A stretch of 64,000 nucleotides of DNA from an uncultured Verrucomicrobiae bacterium (GTDB taxonomy: Bacteria; Verrucomicrobiota; Verrucomicrobiia; Limisphaerales; J093). The notes under the pieces were generated by a model. The model had not been told where the DNA came from and did no database searches. It saw only the letters and a list, made by a program, of their open reading frames with translations. The position numbers and the translations under genes were made by a program. Positions 27,354 through 37,419 of the stretch are shown in pieces. Location of the stretch: assembly GCA_937946835.1 (NCBI GenBank), contig CALFAV010000005.1:117234-181233 (forward strand). Reading direction: 5' to 3'. Positions within the stretch are counted from its first letter, which is position 1. Each line of letters opens with the position of its first letter.

Positions 27354-27908
27354 TCAACCCCCGGCCGCACGCACGGCGGTCAGGCCGATCACCGCCACGA
27401 TCAGCCCGAAGATCAGCCGCGCCAGGCTCGTGGCCCGGATACGCGCCTCGTTGGCGGTGAGCCAGCCGATAAAGTCCCGTAGCCTCCAGGGCGAGATGCT
27501 GAACCAGATGGCCAGGACCACCCAGACATAGGCCCAGGTCGTGACCACCAACCGCCACTCGGTGTCCACCCAGCGGATGGTGTTGAGGGTCAGATGCGCC
27601 AGCAGCAGCACCACCACCGCCAGGCCGCGCACGGCCAGGAAGTCCCGCACGAAGATGCAGGCGCCGAACCCCACCACCGCAAACCCGATGAACAGGACCG
27701 GCTTGAACGCGGCAAAGTCGGCGATCTGATCCTGCTTGAGGTTCCACAAAAACCACACCGTGCCCAGCGGCATCAGGAGGTAGCCCCACCACTCCGAGCG
27801 CGGGAACTTGCGCAACCACGCGCCGAAGGCCGCCGGCCGCAGCAGGCCGACCAGTTGCGGCAGCGCGTAGCCCAGGCCGAGCAGGGTCACCAGCAGGGAG
27901 GCCTTCAT
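27354..27908 (-). CDS. Hypothetical integral membrane protein
   Basis: About 5 hydrophobic helices. Lies between miaB (3-nt gap) and the GT9 gene. No family recognised. Confidence 0.6.
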   Translation of the reverse strand: MKASLLVTLLGLGYALPQLVGLLRPAAFGAWLRKFPRSEWWGYLLMPLGTVWFLWNLKQDQIADFAAFKPVLFIGFAVVGFGACIFVRDFLAVRGLAVVVLLLAHLTLNTIRWVDTEWRLVVTTWAYVWVVLAIWFSISPWRLRDFIGWLTANEARIRATSLARLIFGLIVAVIGLTAVRAAGG

Positions 27909-27911
27909 CGT

Positions 27912-29270
27912 TCAATCGGGGTTCAAAATCGCGGGATCACCGTACAACGTGGTCTCGCTGGCCCGCACCACCCGCACCGGGAGCAGTTCGCCCACGTGCC
28001 GCGGGCTGCCCGCGAAGACCACGATCTTGTTGCAGGGCGTGCGCCCCTCCAGGCGGGCGGGATTCTTGCGGCTGGGGCCTTCCACCAGAATGGTGACCAC
28101 GCGCCCCACCAGCCGTTCGAGGTGACGGCGGGTGTGTTCCCCCACCAGGGCCAACAAGCGCGCGTGGCGTTCCTCGACAACTTCCCGGGGCAACTGCTCC
28201 GGCAGGGTCGCCGCCGGCGTGTCGCGCCGCGGCGAGAACTTGAAGACAAAGGCGCCGGCAAAATCGGCCTCGCGTACCAGCGCGAGCGTTTGCTCGAAGT
28301 CCGCCTCGGTTTCGCCCGGGAAGCCCACGATCAGGTCGGTGGTGATGGCGATGTCCGGCCGGGCGGCGCGCAGCCGGGTGACGATCTCGAGGAACCGGGC
28401 GCGGGTGTAGCCCCGGCGCATGAGTTTGAGGATGCGGTCGCTGCCGCTTTGGGCGGGCAGGTGCGCGCTGGGGCAGAGTTTGGGCAGGCGTGCGTAAGCC
28501 GCCACCAGATCGTCCCCGTAGCCCTTGGGGTGGGGCGAGGTGAAACGGAGGCGTTCGAGGCCCTCCACCGAGTGCACGGCCTCGAGCAGTTGCACGAACG
28601 GCGAACGCCCCTCCCGCGGCGGGATCAGCCGGCGGCCGTAGCTGGTGACGATCTGCCCCAGCAAAGTGACCTCGCGCACGCCGCGGGCCGCCAGTTCGCG
28701 GCACTCGGCGACGATGTCCTCGAGGGGGCGGCTCCGCTCGGCGCCGCGGGTCTGCGGCACGATGCAGAAGGTGCAGTGTTGGTTGCAGCCCTGCATGATG
28801 CTCACAAACGCCGTCACCGCCCGCGGCCGGCCCGGCATTTCGAGCACGTGTTCGCGGATTTGCCCCTCGCTGCCCGGTTCGGCGTCCACCTCGCACACCG
28901 TGACGCGGCGGCCGGCCAGGAGTTCTTCCACCAGTTCGGGAGCGCGGTGGATTTTCTGCGTGCCGAGCACCAGGCGCACGCCGGGGGTTTGATCGAGCAA
29001 CGTCGCGCCGCGACTCTGGGCCATGCACCCGAGGTACCCCAGCACCACGCCGGGCCGGTACCGGCGCGTGTCCGCCGCCAGTGCGCCCATCTTGCCCAGG
29101 GCCTTTTGTTCGGCGGCGTCGCGCACGCTGCACGTGTTCAGCAACACCACGTCCGCCGCGGCCTCGGAGGCGGCCAGGGTGAAGCCGCGGGCCAGGAACC
29201 GGGCGGCGACCGCTTCCGAGTCGCGCTCGTTCATCTGGCAGCCGTAGGTTTTGATGAACACGCTGGGCAT
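27912..29270 (-). CDS. miaB: tRNA-2-methylthio-N6-dimethylallyladenosine synthase
   Basis: FIKTYGCQMNERDSE N-terminal cluster, radical-SAM CNQHCTFCIVP, and a C-terminal TRAM-like domain. Confidence 0.95.
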   Translation of the reverse strand: MPSVFIKTYGCQMNERDSEAVAARFLARGFTLAASEAAADVVLLNTCSVRDAAEQKALGKMGALAADTRRYRPGVVLGYLGCMAQSRGATLLDQTPGVRLVLGTQKIHRAPELVEELLAGRRVTVCEVDAEPGSEGQIREHVLEMPGRPRAVTAFVSIMQGCNQHCTFCIVPQTRGAERSRPLEDIVAECRELAARGVREVTLLGQIVTSYGRRLIPPREGRSPFVQLLEAVHSVEGLERLRFTSPHPKGYGDDLVAAYARLPKLCPSAHLPAQSGSDRILKLMRRGYTRARFLEIVTRLRAARPDIAITTDLIVGFPGETEADFEQTLALVREADFAGAFVFKFSPRRDTPAATLPEQLPREVVEERHARLLALVGEHTRRHLERLVGRVVTILVEGPSRKNPARLEGRTPCNKIVVFAGSPRHVGELLPVRVVRASETTLYGDPAILNPD

Positions 29271-29492
29271 GGCCCAAGGCCGGAAAAGCTAGAAAAGCTG
29301 CGTCCGGCGCGGAAGCCAGAAATGCACGGGGAAGAGGGCGGCGCACGTCCCGGCAGGAAGCGGCGGGGGCGCCGGAGGCCCCTTGGGAGACTCCCCGGCC
29401 CGGGCGGGTGCGAACGAAACCGCCCCTGCGGGCGCCCGGCGCCCGGATTCCCACTTGCCCCGGGGGGCGGGGTGTGGGACGTTGCCAGCGTC

Positions 29493-30098
29493 ATGAAAAC
29501 GAGGTTGTTGGTCTTGGTCGGGGTGGTGCTCGCCGGCAGCCTTGCTCCGGTGCTGGAGGCCCAATATCTGGCCCCGCGCCAGTATCTGCGCCCACTGAAC
29601 CCGAACGCGCCCTCGCCCCGGCCGGCAACCCCGCCCAATCCCGGGTTGCCGCCCGGCCCGGTGGTGGCGCCTCCACCGGCCCTTCCGGCCGCCCCGGCCA
29701 CCAATCAGGCCCGGGTGCGGCCCGAGCAACTGGAGGCCCAGAAGCGGGCGGTCGAAGCCGTGCGCAAGCGGGCCGAGGCCGGGTCAGCCTCCGCCCAGTA
29801 CGACCTGGCGATGCGCTATCTGAACGGCCAGGGGGTGGCCACCAACCTGGTCGAGGCGCGCAAGTGGTTGGAGGCTGCCGCCCGGCAGGGCGACTACTGG
29901 GCGAAGAAAAAACTCGCCGACCTGGAGGCGCAGGGCCTGTTGCCGCCGCCGGCCGCCGCGCCGGAGGCCGCGCCGGAACAACCGACTTCTCCGGCCAGCG
30001 AGTCACCCCGCTCCGGGTCGGACAGCGACGCATCACTCACTCCGCCCGCACCAAAGCCGGATGCCCGACCGCCCAGCGTCCCGGGCAAGTCCGAATAA
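29493..30098 (+). CDS. Secreted Sel1-repeat protein with Pro-rich flanks
   Basis: ATG 29493 with signal peptide MKTRLLVLVGVVLAGSLAPVLEA. One clear Sel1-like repeat (SASAQYDLAMRYLNGQGVATNLVEARKWLEAAARQG). Only the last 201 codons of the 834-aa track ORF are credible. Confidence 0.7.
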   Translation: MKTRLLVLVGVVLAGSLAPVLEAQYLAPRQYLRPLNPNAPSPRPATPPNPGLPPGPVVAPPPALPAAPATNQARVRPEQLEAQKRAVEAVRKRAEAGSASAQYDLAMRYLNGQGVATNLVEARKWLEAAARQGDYWAKKKLADLEAQGLLPPPAAAPEAAPEQPTSPASESPRSGSDSDASLTPPAPKPDARPPSVPGKSE

Positions 30099-30177
30099 TT
30101 TCGCGGCTGGGTTGTTGGCCGGTCATCCGCGCCCGCGGCCGGCCCGAGCGGTAGGTCCCTGTTCAGCTCCGCCGCAC

Positions 30178-33100
30178 TCAGGGCTTCGGCTCCGGCGGGG
30201 GTGCGGGCGGGGTCGAGGGCGTGATCAGATTCTGCAGCGTGCCCAGCGGGTTGAGCAGCGGGCGCAGGAAGCCGGGCACGTGCAGCGGCCGCAACTCCGG
30301 TTCCCACAGCGTCCCGGTGATTTTGTACTCGAAGACCTTGGCCACCGGCGTAAGCGCCAGACTGATCAGGGGACCGATGATCGGGGTGCGGTGAAGCACC
30401 TCGGCCACCACGCGCGCGTCCACCCGACCCTCGAAGTCCACCGTGCCCCGGTACTGGAGGCGCGCCGGGCCGGCCTCGATGGCCAGGTCGTCGGTGTAAA
30501 TCACGCTGCGTTGCAGGCGGAAGGTGGCCCGCGCGGCCGTGGCGCGGCTGTTACCCAGCCCGGGCACCACCAGGTTCAAGGCCTGGGACAACAGCCCGAA
30601 GATGGGCAGGTCCCAGAGCAGTCCGTTGCGCATCTCCACCTGCCCCCGTCCGTGCCAGCTTTGCCAGTCCGATGTCCGGGCGTCGGTCACGATGAGCGCG
30701 ACGGTGGTCACCCCTTCCAGCCGGTTGGTTCTCCCCGGCAGCACGTCCTGCAGGAGGGATTGGAGATCAAATTCCGTGGCCAGGGCCTGGAAGCCAAATG
30801 CCGCGTCGCCCGGCGCTTCCGGGTTCAAATCCAGGGTCAGGCCGCCGGAAAGTCGTCCGCCGTAAAACGTCGCGGCCAGGTTCGTCACGGACACGCGGTC
30901 CCCGCGCCAGCGCACGCCGGTGGTCAGATTGGTGGTTTGGAAGCGCCAAAAACGGAACGGCCCGCCCGCGACCTCGAAGTCCAGCGCCGCACCCCGGGGG
31001 GCGTCCACCGGCAGGCTGCCGTTGACCTGCACCTCGGGCGGTTGGGCAAAGTGGTAGGGCGCCAGCACGGCCGCCACGTTTGAGCCCAGGCACCGGGCCA
31101 CGACCAGCGGGTCCATCCGGCACCCCGCGTTGGTCAACGTCACCACGCGATTGGACAGGTCGTACCGGCTCCACGGCGCTTGCAGCCATTCGGACCCGCG
31201 GCGGAGGTGGAGGTCGGAAAACGTGAGGACCCCGTTGGTTTTGCCCAGATGCAGGGACAGGGTGTCGAAAGCCTCGCCGCGGAGGGCGAAATGGGTGGCG
31301 GCGATCTGCAGCGCGAAGTCCACCGGTTTGGGCGGATTCCAGTTGCCCCACACCTCGCCTGTGACGCGGGGCGGGGTGCTGAACTCAAACTGCCCGACGA
31401 TGGGCGGCAGCCCCTCATCCACCACCGGCGCGGCCGCCCGGGGGTCCAGCGCGCAATCCACCCGCCAGCGGAAGTCGCGGGTGCGCAGGTTCAGGTCGTA
31501 GGCCAGGCTGGCCCGGCCCTCGGGGCGCACCACCTCCAGCTCGCGCAGCCGGAGCACTTCGTTTGACACGGTGACCGTCACCCCCGCCGTCGAGCAGGTC
31601 AGCTCCCGGTACCGGGCGTGGTGACCCTCCACCCGCGCGCGCAAGGCCAGTGTGGAGAGCATTTGCCGACCCGCCTCCGGACCCGGGTGATCCCCCGGAG
31701 GCAGGCACACGCTCACCGCCCCGGCAATTTGCGGAGGCGCCGGGTACTGAAACTGGGCCAGCCACTCCCGGACGCTTCCGGGCAGCAACCGGTCGAGGCG
31801 TTGGAGATCGAAATCCAGGGCGAAGTCGGCGGAAGCCTCCCGGCGCACGAGTTCCAACCGTCCCCCCGTCAGCTGGAGATGGCCGCCGAGCAGGCGCGCC
31901 TGCAGGTTGGTCACGGCCAACTCGGGAAAACGCCAGCGGGCACCCAGGTGAAGTTGGTCCATCGCCAGCCCGGGCCCGCGCAATGCCTCCGCCCGCCCCC
32001 CGAGCTGGAAGGCCAAAGGCGCGAGCCATCGGACCGGGGCGGGCAGGGCCGCCGCCGCCTCCGCGGGAACCTCCGGGCCGGGTTCCAGGCTCAGGTCCAG
32101 AGCCAGTTCCCGCGCCCCCACTTCGCCGCGGTTGACCTCTTGGCAGTGAAGCCGCGCGCTGAGCCGCTCGGGCGGGCACCACGCGAGCGAGTGCTCGAGC
32201 GCGATGTCCCCCTCCAACCGCGCCGCATCCGCCCAGGGGGTTTGCACCGTCCCCGCGGTGAGGTGCGCGGTGGTGTGAAGCGGGCCGGGCGCGGATCGGA
32301 AAAGCGTTTGTGCCGCCACCCGGGGTTGGTGAAAGCGCAGGTCTCCCTGCGCAACTTCCGCCGCCTGCACGGACCATTTCCAGACCGCTTCGGGTTGCTC
32401 CGGGCCGCGCGGCGCGCCGGCAAGTTGAACGCGCACCTGGCGCGCCCGGCCACGGGGACCGACGAAAGACTCCAGTTCCGCCCCGGCATCCAGCTCCGGC
32501 GGGGCGCCGGACGCGCGCGGTCCCCAGCGGGCGGCGAGCTGCAATTCCCGGCCGCGGCCCCAGGGCGTGTCCACCGCCGCGGCCCGGGCGTGCAGGTCGG
32601 CGGTCCAGGAGTCGGGGCGGAGCCCGTCGCCCGAAAAGTTCAGGCGAATTTCCGGAGGGTTGGCGAACCGCAGCTCCGCCAGCGTCCGCTGAATCCGGCG
32701 CAAGGCTTCCTGCCAGGGGAAGTGGCGTCCTTCGGCGTCGGGGCCGGGAGAGCGGGGCTGCCGCCACAGCGCCGGGCCATTGGTGAGCGAACCGCGAATT
32801 TGCCACCTGGCCGCCAGGGCCCGGGCGGTGAAGGCTTCCAGCTTCCAGACCCCCGGGATGGTCAGGTTCAACTGCGCGGTGATGTCTTCCACCCGCAAGG
32901 TTTCCGCCGGCGCCGGGGTTTTCGTCAGCGGGATCGAGGCGCGGCCCTGGCGCAACACCAACGTGTGGGGTTCCCAAACGCGCCGCCGCAGCAGCGCCGC
33001 CCAATCCGGTTCCAGAATCACCCGCTCGAACCGGACTTCCGGGGCCTCGGCTCGCCGGGACAGGCCCAACGTCACCGCTTCCGCCACCCAGCCCTGGTCC

Positions 33101-33312
33101 AGGCGCAGGCGCAGGCGCTCGCAGCTCAGTTCCACGCCGCGCTGGCGCAGGGCGTCGGCTATCCGGGTCCCGACCCAGCCCGGCACGCCGATCAGGTGCA
33201 GGTAAAGCACCGCCACCAGCCCCAGCAACAAGACCAACAGCGCCGCGATCCGGCAGCCGCGCCAGGCCAGACGCCAGCGCCGTCGGGTCGGAGTGAGGGC
33301 GACGGGCGACAT
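30178..33312 (-). CDS. AsmA-family (TamB/YhdP-like) large envelope protein
   Basis: A single N-terminal TM helix (IAALLVLLLGLVAVLYLHLIG) is followed by about 1000 aa of beta-rich repetitive sequence. The C-terminal FEYKITGTLWEPEL resembles the AsmA_2/YhdP C-terminal motif. Assignment is by eye. Confidence 0.7.
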   Translation of the reverse strand: MSPVALTPTRRRWRLAWRGCRIAALLVLLLGLVAVLYLHLIGVPGWVGTRIADALRQRGVELSCERLRLRLDQGWVAEAVTLGLSRRAEAPEVRFERVILEPDWAALLRRRVWEPHTLVLRQGRASIPLTKTPAPAETLRVEDITAQLNLTIPGVWKLEAFTARALAARWQIRGSLTNGPALWRQPRSPGPDAEGRHFPWQEALRRIQRTLAELRFANPPEIRLNFSGDGLRPDSWTADLHARAAAVDTPWGRGRELQLAARWGPRASGAPPELDAGAELESFVGPRGRARQVRVQLAGAPRGPEQPEAVWKWSVQAAEVAQGDLRFHQPRVAAQTLFRSAPGPLHTTAHLTAGTVQTPWADAARLEGDIALEHSLAWCPPERLSARLHCQEVNRGEVGARELALDLSLEPGPEVPAEAAAALPAPVRWLAPLAFQLGGRAEALRGPGLAMDQLHLGARWRFPELAVTNLQARLLGGHLQLTGGRLELVRREASADFALDFDLQRLDRLLPGSVREWLAQFQYPAPPQIAGAVSVCLPPGDHPGPEAGRQMLSTLALRARVEGHHARYRELTCSTAGVTVTVSNEVLRLRELEVVRPEGRASLAYDLNLRTRDFRWRVDCALDPRAAAPVVDEGLPPIVGQFEFSTPPRVTGEVWGNWNPPKPVDFALQIAATHFALRGEAFDTLSLHLGKTNGVLTFSDLHLRRGSEWLQAPWSRYDLSNRVVTLTNAGCRMDPLVVARCLGSNVAAVLAPYHFAQPPEVQVNGSLPVDAPRGAALDFEVAGGPFRFWRFQTTNLTTGVRWRGDRVSVTNLAATFYGGRLSGGLTLDLNPEAPGDAAFGFQALATEFDLQSLLQDVLPGRTNRLEGVTTVALIVTDARTSDWQSWHGRGQVEMRNGLLWDLPIFGLLSQALNLVVPGLGNSRATAARATFRLQRSVIYTDDLAIEAGPARLQYRGTVDFEGRVDARVVAEVLHRTPIIGPLISLALTPVAKVFEYKITGTLWEPELRPLHVPGFLRPLLNPLGTLQNLITPSTPPAPPPEPKP

Positions 33313-33313
33313 C

Positions 33314-35146
33314 TCACGGTGAGGTGGCGGGTGCCGGGGCCGGTTCGGGCAGCGACAGGTCGCTTTGCACGAACGCGTAGATCGAGGCGGGGCATTCGAA
33401 GATCACCGTGCCGGGCGGCTCGGGCAGGGTGACCGCCGCGTAGGTGCGCCCGCTGGCGGCCTGGCGGCCGAAACGCACGCGGTAGGGCGGTTCGGGCGCG
33501 GCGCCGCGCACCTCGAGCACGATCTCGTGGGCGCCCGGCCCAATCCCGTAGCGGGGCAAAGCCTCTGCGCCCTGGGCCGTCCAGCGCTCGGCCAGCAACT
33601 GGCCCAGCCGGTAGGCGGCCTCTTCGAGGGTGACCGGGTTGGGCGGCGGCCCGGAGCTTTCGGCGGCCGCCCATTGCATGGGGCCGAGTCGAACCAACTT
33701 GCGCTCGCGGCCCTGGGCCCGCACCACGATGGCGGTCAGGTCGTTGGTGCTCACATTCCAGAGGCGGCGGTCGCGCAGTTCAAATGCCGCGCGCGGCAAT
33801 CGAACCGGGTCCAGCGCCAGCACCACCGAGTTTTCCAGGGATCGGCGGGCATAAAACCGGTGATCGGCGGGCAGGCCGTAATCCACGCGCGCCAACACGG
33901 GGGCGGCCGTCTCGGCGGCGCTGGTGCGGGCGCCGCGCAGGAGGTACTGGCGACGGGGCGGGTCCAGGCCGTACGGGGCGAAGTCGGTGGCCACCTCGCG
34001 CGCAAAGCCCAGAAACTCCAGCCCGGCCATTTCGCTCAACGCCTCGAGCACCAACACCCGATCGGCCGGGGCGGAATAGGGTTCGACGATGCGCCAGTCC
34101 TCCCCGGGGCCGCGCTCGACGGCGAAGGCCTCGTCGGCCCGCACCTCCAGGCGCCTCACCTGCTCAAGCTCGAAGATCAGCAGGCGCCGGTCGCAGAAGT
34201 TGGTGAAGCCGTCGAACCAGGGGCGGAGCGGGGCGCCGGGCACCAGCACCACGTTCGAGTAGGTGGAGAGCCACACCGGCAGCAGGTCCGGCTGTTCGGC
34301 CGGGGGCCGGCCCAGGCGCAGGCTCAGCACTTCGTTGGTGCCCCGGGCGAAGATCAGTTCGCGTTGCGGGGGGGCCAGGCCGAACCGCTCGGCGTCGCTC
34401 ACCGGCGGGTCGGCGGCGAAACCGACCACTCGCAGCAACTCCAACTGTTGGAGGAGGTGTTCGAGCAGGGCCTGGTTGGCGCGCAGGGGCAGGGGTTTGC
34501 TCAGCGTCCAGACGCGCGTGGCCGGATCGCGCACTGCCTCGAAACCGTTGGTCAGCGGCCGGACCTCCAACCGGTCAAAGGCCAGGCGGGAAAGGTCCAC
34601 CAGGGTTGGGTCGCGCCAGGCATCGAACGAGGCGGGCAGGGCGGCGGGCAGGGCGGCATCCACCACCTCCAGCCCGTCCCGGCCCACGATTTGCACGAAC
34701 ACCTGGGCGCCCACGCTGGCGGGACGGCTCCAGAGCAGGGTCAGCGGCCCCGGGGCGCCGTCCAGCCGCAGGCTCAGGGCCGGCGGGGCCAGGCCGTAGG
34801 CGGCCAGGGCGTTGGTCTGGCGCAGGACCTCCCCGGCGGGGATGTGGGCGCGCACGGGCGCCTCGGCCAGGCGTTGGAGGAACCGGTCCACCGGCTCGGC
34901 CCGGGCCGGATACAGGAGCGGGGCGCGGAAGAACCACGTGTTGGTGCCGCGCTCCAGAATCACGGGGCGGTTGGTGCCCAGGCGGATTTCCAGGCGGTTG
35001 ATCCCCCGCGGGTCCAGGCCGGGCAGCAGCCGGGCGGCCTCGGCCCGCCGCCGGGTGGTGGAGGGCGTGTGCCGCTCGAACAGCAGGATGAACAGGGCCA
35101 GGGCCAACGCCCCGCCGAGCAGCCATTGGGTGGTGCGCCAGTTCAT
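33314..35146 (-). CDS. DUF4340-like periplasmic protein with N-terminal anchor
   Basis: ATG 35144-35146 (MNWRTTQWLLGGALALALFILLF). The call rests mainly on its position directly after a GldG-type gene, which is the usual DUF4340 context. The 347 upstream codons of the track ORF overlap the GldG gene and are rejected. Confidence 0.6.
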   Translation of the reverse strand: MNWRTTQWLLGGALALALFILLFERHTPSTTRRRAEAARLLPGLDPRGINRLEIRLGTNRPVILERGTNTWFFRAPLLYPARAEPVDRFLQRLAEAPVRAHIPAGEVLRQTNALAAYGLAPPALSLRLDGAPGPLTLLWSRPASVGAQVFVQIVGRDGLEVVDAALPAALPASFDAWRDPTLVDLSRLAFDRLEVRPLTNGFEAVRDPATRVWTLSKPLPLRANQALLEHLLQQLELLRVVGFAADPPVSDAERFGLAPPQRELIFARGTNEVLSLRLGRPPAEQPDLLPVWLSTYSNVVLVPGAPLRPWFDGFTNFCDRRLLIFELEQVRRLEVRADEAFAVERGPGEDWRIVEPYSAPADRVLVLEALSEMAGLEFLGFAREVATDFAPYGLDPPRRQYLLRGARTSAAETAAPVLARVDYGLPADHRFYARRSLENSVVLALDPVRLPRAAFELRDRRLWNVSTNDLTAIVVRAQGRERKLVRLGPMQWAAAESSGPPPNPVTLEEAAYRLGQLLAERWTAQGAEALPRYGIGPGAHEIVLEVRGAAPEPPYRVRFGRQAASGRTYAAVTLPEPPGTVIFECPASIYAFVQSDLSLPEPAPAPATSP

Positions 35147-35166
35147 CTCGTTGCGCCTCCGCGGGG

Positions 35167-36660
35167 TTATGCCCGCCGCCACCACCACACCAACCCGCCC
35201 GCGGCCAGGATCATCCCGGGCAGTGCCCCCAGCAGCAGCCAGCGCACGCGGGTCATCTGGGCGGGAGTGAGGGTGAGGCGATATTCGTGGAGCGGTCGGG
35301 CGGCCAGACCGGCCAGGTCGTGGGGGCGGTCCAGCAACCAGTTCACCGCCAGGCTGGCGAAATCGAGATTGGCGGCGCTGACAATCAGTTCGTTGCCCAG
35401 GAACAGGGATTCGCCCACCACCACCAGCCGCGCGGCCGCCAGGTCCGCCCCCAGGCCGGCGATGCCCCCGCGCTCCACCGCCACGGCCAGGGGCACGGCA
35501 CCGCGCACGTCCCGGCCGGGCACGACCCGGGGCAGGCCCGCGGGGGTGATTTCGCTGGCGGTGTAGCCCTGGACGCTGGTGGAGAAAAGGACCTGGGCCC
35601 GCACCTCCGGGGGCGTGCCCGGCCCGGCGCGCGGGGCCACCGCACGGGCCAGGATCAGGTGCAGCCGCCGGTCGAACAGCGGGCTGGTGATGGGATGGGC
35701 GGCCAGGTTGGACAGGATGAGGTCGTTGCCGCGGATGGTGTGCGCCGGATCGAAGACGAAGGTGTCGCTGACCTGCACGCCCCAGGAGAGCAGAAAGTCC
35801 TCCAGGCCGGTGCGGGTGTGCCCGGCGCGGTAAAAGCTCAACAGCGCCAGCAGGCGGCCGCCCCGCTGGAGGTAGCGCTGGAGCTTGTCCAGTTCGGCGG
35901 GCATCCACGGGGAGCGCGGTCCGGCCACGATCAGCAAGGCGCAGTCCGGCGGCACGTCGTTGGTTCCGACCAGTTCGAGGGGCTGCACGGTCAGCCCTTT
36001 TTGCCGCAGCAGGCCGGCCAGGCGCGAGTAGCCGGTCAGCTTGTCGTCGTTTTCCGGGTCGTGCTCGCCGTGGCCGCGCAGGAAGGCGGCGCTCTGCCCC
36101 CCGGGTTGTTGCACCGCGGCCAGGGCGGCGGTGAAGAGCGCCTCGCCCTTGAAGCCGGAGCGCCGCACGGCGCCCTCCCCGGACCACAACGGGCCCAGGT
36201 CGTATTCGGAAAGCTCGGCCGCGCGCACGATGCGCGTGCGCGGACCGCTGGTGAAGATCACCAGGTCGGCCTCGCCGGAGGGGAGCTGGTGGCGCTGGGC
36301 GAGCAGCTCGGCCCGCCCGGGGTCGCGGCGGTAGTCCACATGTTCCAGCTTCAGGCGCGGGCAGGCGTAGGCGTATTCGGTCAGCAGCCCGTACACGGAG
36401 GGAAACAGGACATGGTCCCGGTCGAAGAGGACGGTCACGGCAACCTCGTTGGACTGCCGGGCCAGGACCTCGCGCGTGACCCGGGACAGCTCGAAGCGCG
36501 TGTCCACGGTCCAGTGCAGCCGCCGGTAGTGGCGGGCGGCCAGGTAATTGACCATGACCACGATGGCGCTCAGGGCGCCCACCGCCAGCAACACCTGGCC
36601 CGCGATCCGCAGGCGCCGGGCCGGGGAGAAACTGGGTTCGTCTGGGGCGGGGGGATTCAT
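35167..36660 (-). CDS. GldG-family ABC-transporter auxiliary component
   Basis: N- and C-terminal TM anchors flank a large periplasmic domain, and the gene sits immediately downstream (1 nt) of an ABC-2 permease. The sequence pattern (VTVLFDRDHVLFPSVYGLLTEY, LLIVAGP) is typical of ABC_transp_aux/GldG. Confidence 0.75.
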   Translation of the reverse strand: MNPPAPDEPSFSPARRLRIAGQVLLAVGALSAIVVMVNYLAARHYRRLHWTVDTRFELSRVTREVLARQSNEVAVTVLFDRDHVLFPSVYGLLTEYAYACPRLKLEHVDYRRDPGRAELLAQRHQLPSGEADLVIFTSGPRTRIVRAAELSEYDLGPLWSGEGAVRRSGFKGEALFTAALAAVQQPGGQSAAFLRGHGEHDPENDDKLTGYSRLAGLLRQKGLTVQPLELVGTNDVPPDCALLIVAGPRSPWMPAELDKLQRYLQRGGRLLALLSFYRAGHTRTGLEDFLLSWGVQVSDTFVFDPAHTIRGNDLILSNLAAHPITSPLFDRRLHLILARAVAPRAGPGTPPEVRAQVLFSTSVQGYTASEITPAGLPRVVPGRDVRGAVPLAVAVERGGIAGLGADLAAARLVVVGESLFLGNELIVSAANLDFASLAVNWLLDRPHDLAGLAARPLHEYRLTLTPAQMTRVRWLLLGALPGMILAAGGLVWWWRRA

Positions 36661-36661
36661 T

Positions 36662-37414
36662 TCACTTCCAGCGGCGGCTTTCCACCACCTTCACCGTCAG
36701 AAAGACCAGCCACGCCGTGAGGCTGAGGTGAAAGACCAGGGGCCGCGTGTCCACCACCCCGCGCACGAAGTCCTCCATGTGGGAGAGCAGCGACACGTGT
36801 CGGACCACCGCCGCCGACCAGTCCGTGCCCGCCCCGACGCTGGCGCGGAGGAAGCTCACCAGAAACAACGTCACCCCCAGCGCCAGGGCCAGCACCGCGG
36901 CCAGAATCTGGCTGCGGGTCAGCGCCGAGGCCAGACACCCCAGGGCCACGTACACCCCGCCCAGCAGCGCGATACCCAGCAAGGTGCTGGCCACCGGTCG
37001 CCATTCCAGCGGGTGGTGCTCGGGGATGTACTGGCGCACCACCCCCAGGCACAACAGCAGCGGCGCCCAGGTGACCAGGTAAAACACCAGCGCGGCGGTG
37101 AATTTGGCCAGCACCACCGCCGCGTCCCCCACCGGGGCGGTCATGAGCGTCTCGAAGGTGCCCGTGGCCCGTTCCTGGGCAAACAGCCGCATGGTGATCA
37201 CCGGCGGGGCCAGCAACAGCACCAGCCAGAAGTACATCGTGTCGTAAAACACCTCGGTGAGCGGCGCGTTGAGCGCCTCGCCGTTGAAGGCCTCCAACAG
37301 GCTGATGAACCCCAGCCCGAGCAGAAACTGCGCCGCCGCCACCGTCACGTAGCTGCTGAGCGCGCCGGCGTACCAACCCAGCTCGCGGCGCACCAGAATG
37401 AAGTAGGGGCGCAT
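36662..37414 (-). CDS. ABC-2 type transporter permease (GldF-like)
   Basis: ATG 37412-37414. Six hydrophobic helices with ERATGTFETLMTAP after TM1, typical of ABC-2 exporters. The upstream part of the track ORF overlaps the ATPase gene. Confidence 0.8.
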   Translation of the reverse strand: MRPYFILVRRELGWYAGALSSYVTVAAAQFLLGLGFISLLEAFNGEALNAPLTEVFYDTMYFWLVLLLAPPVITMRLFAQERATGTFETLMTAPVGDAAVVLAKFTAALVFYLVTWAPLLLCLGVVRQYIPEHHPLEWRPVASTLLGIALLGGVYVALGCLASALTRSQILAAVLALALGVTLFLVSFLRASVGAGTDWSAAVVRHVSLLSHMEDFVRGVVDTRPLVFHLSLTAWLVFLTVKVVESRRWK

Positions 37415-37419
37415 GGCGT

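Noticed and set aside
27594-29492. N-terminal 633 codons of the 834-aa plus-strand ORF 27594-30098.
   Set aside because: This part is antisense to miaB and the small membrane-protein gene. The credible gene is the Sel1 protein, which starts with a signal peptide at ATG 29493.
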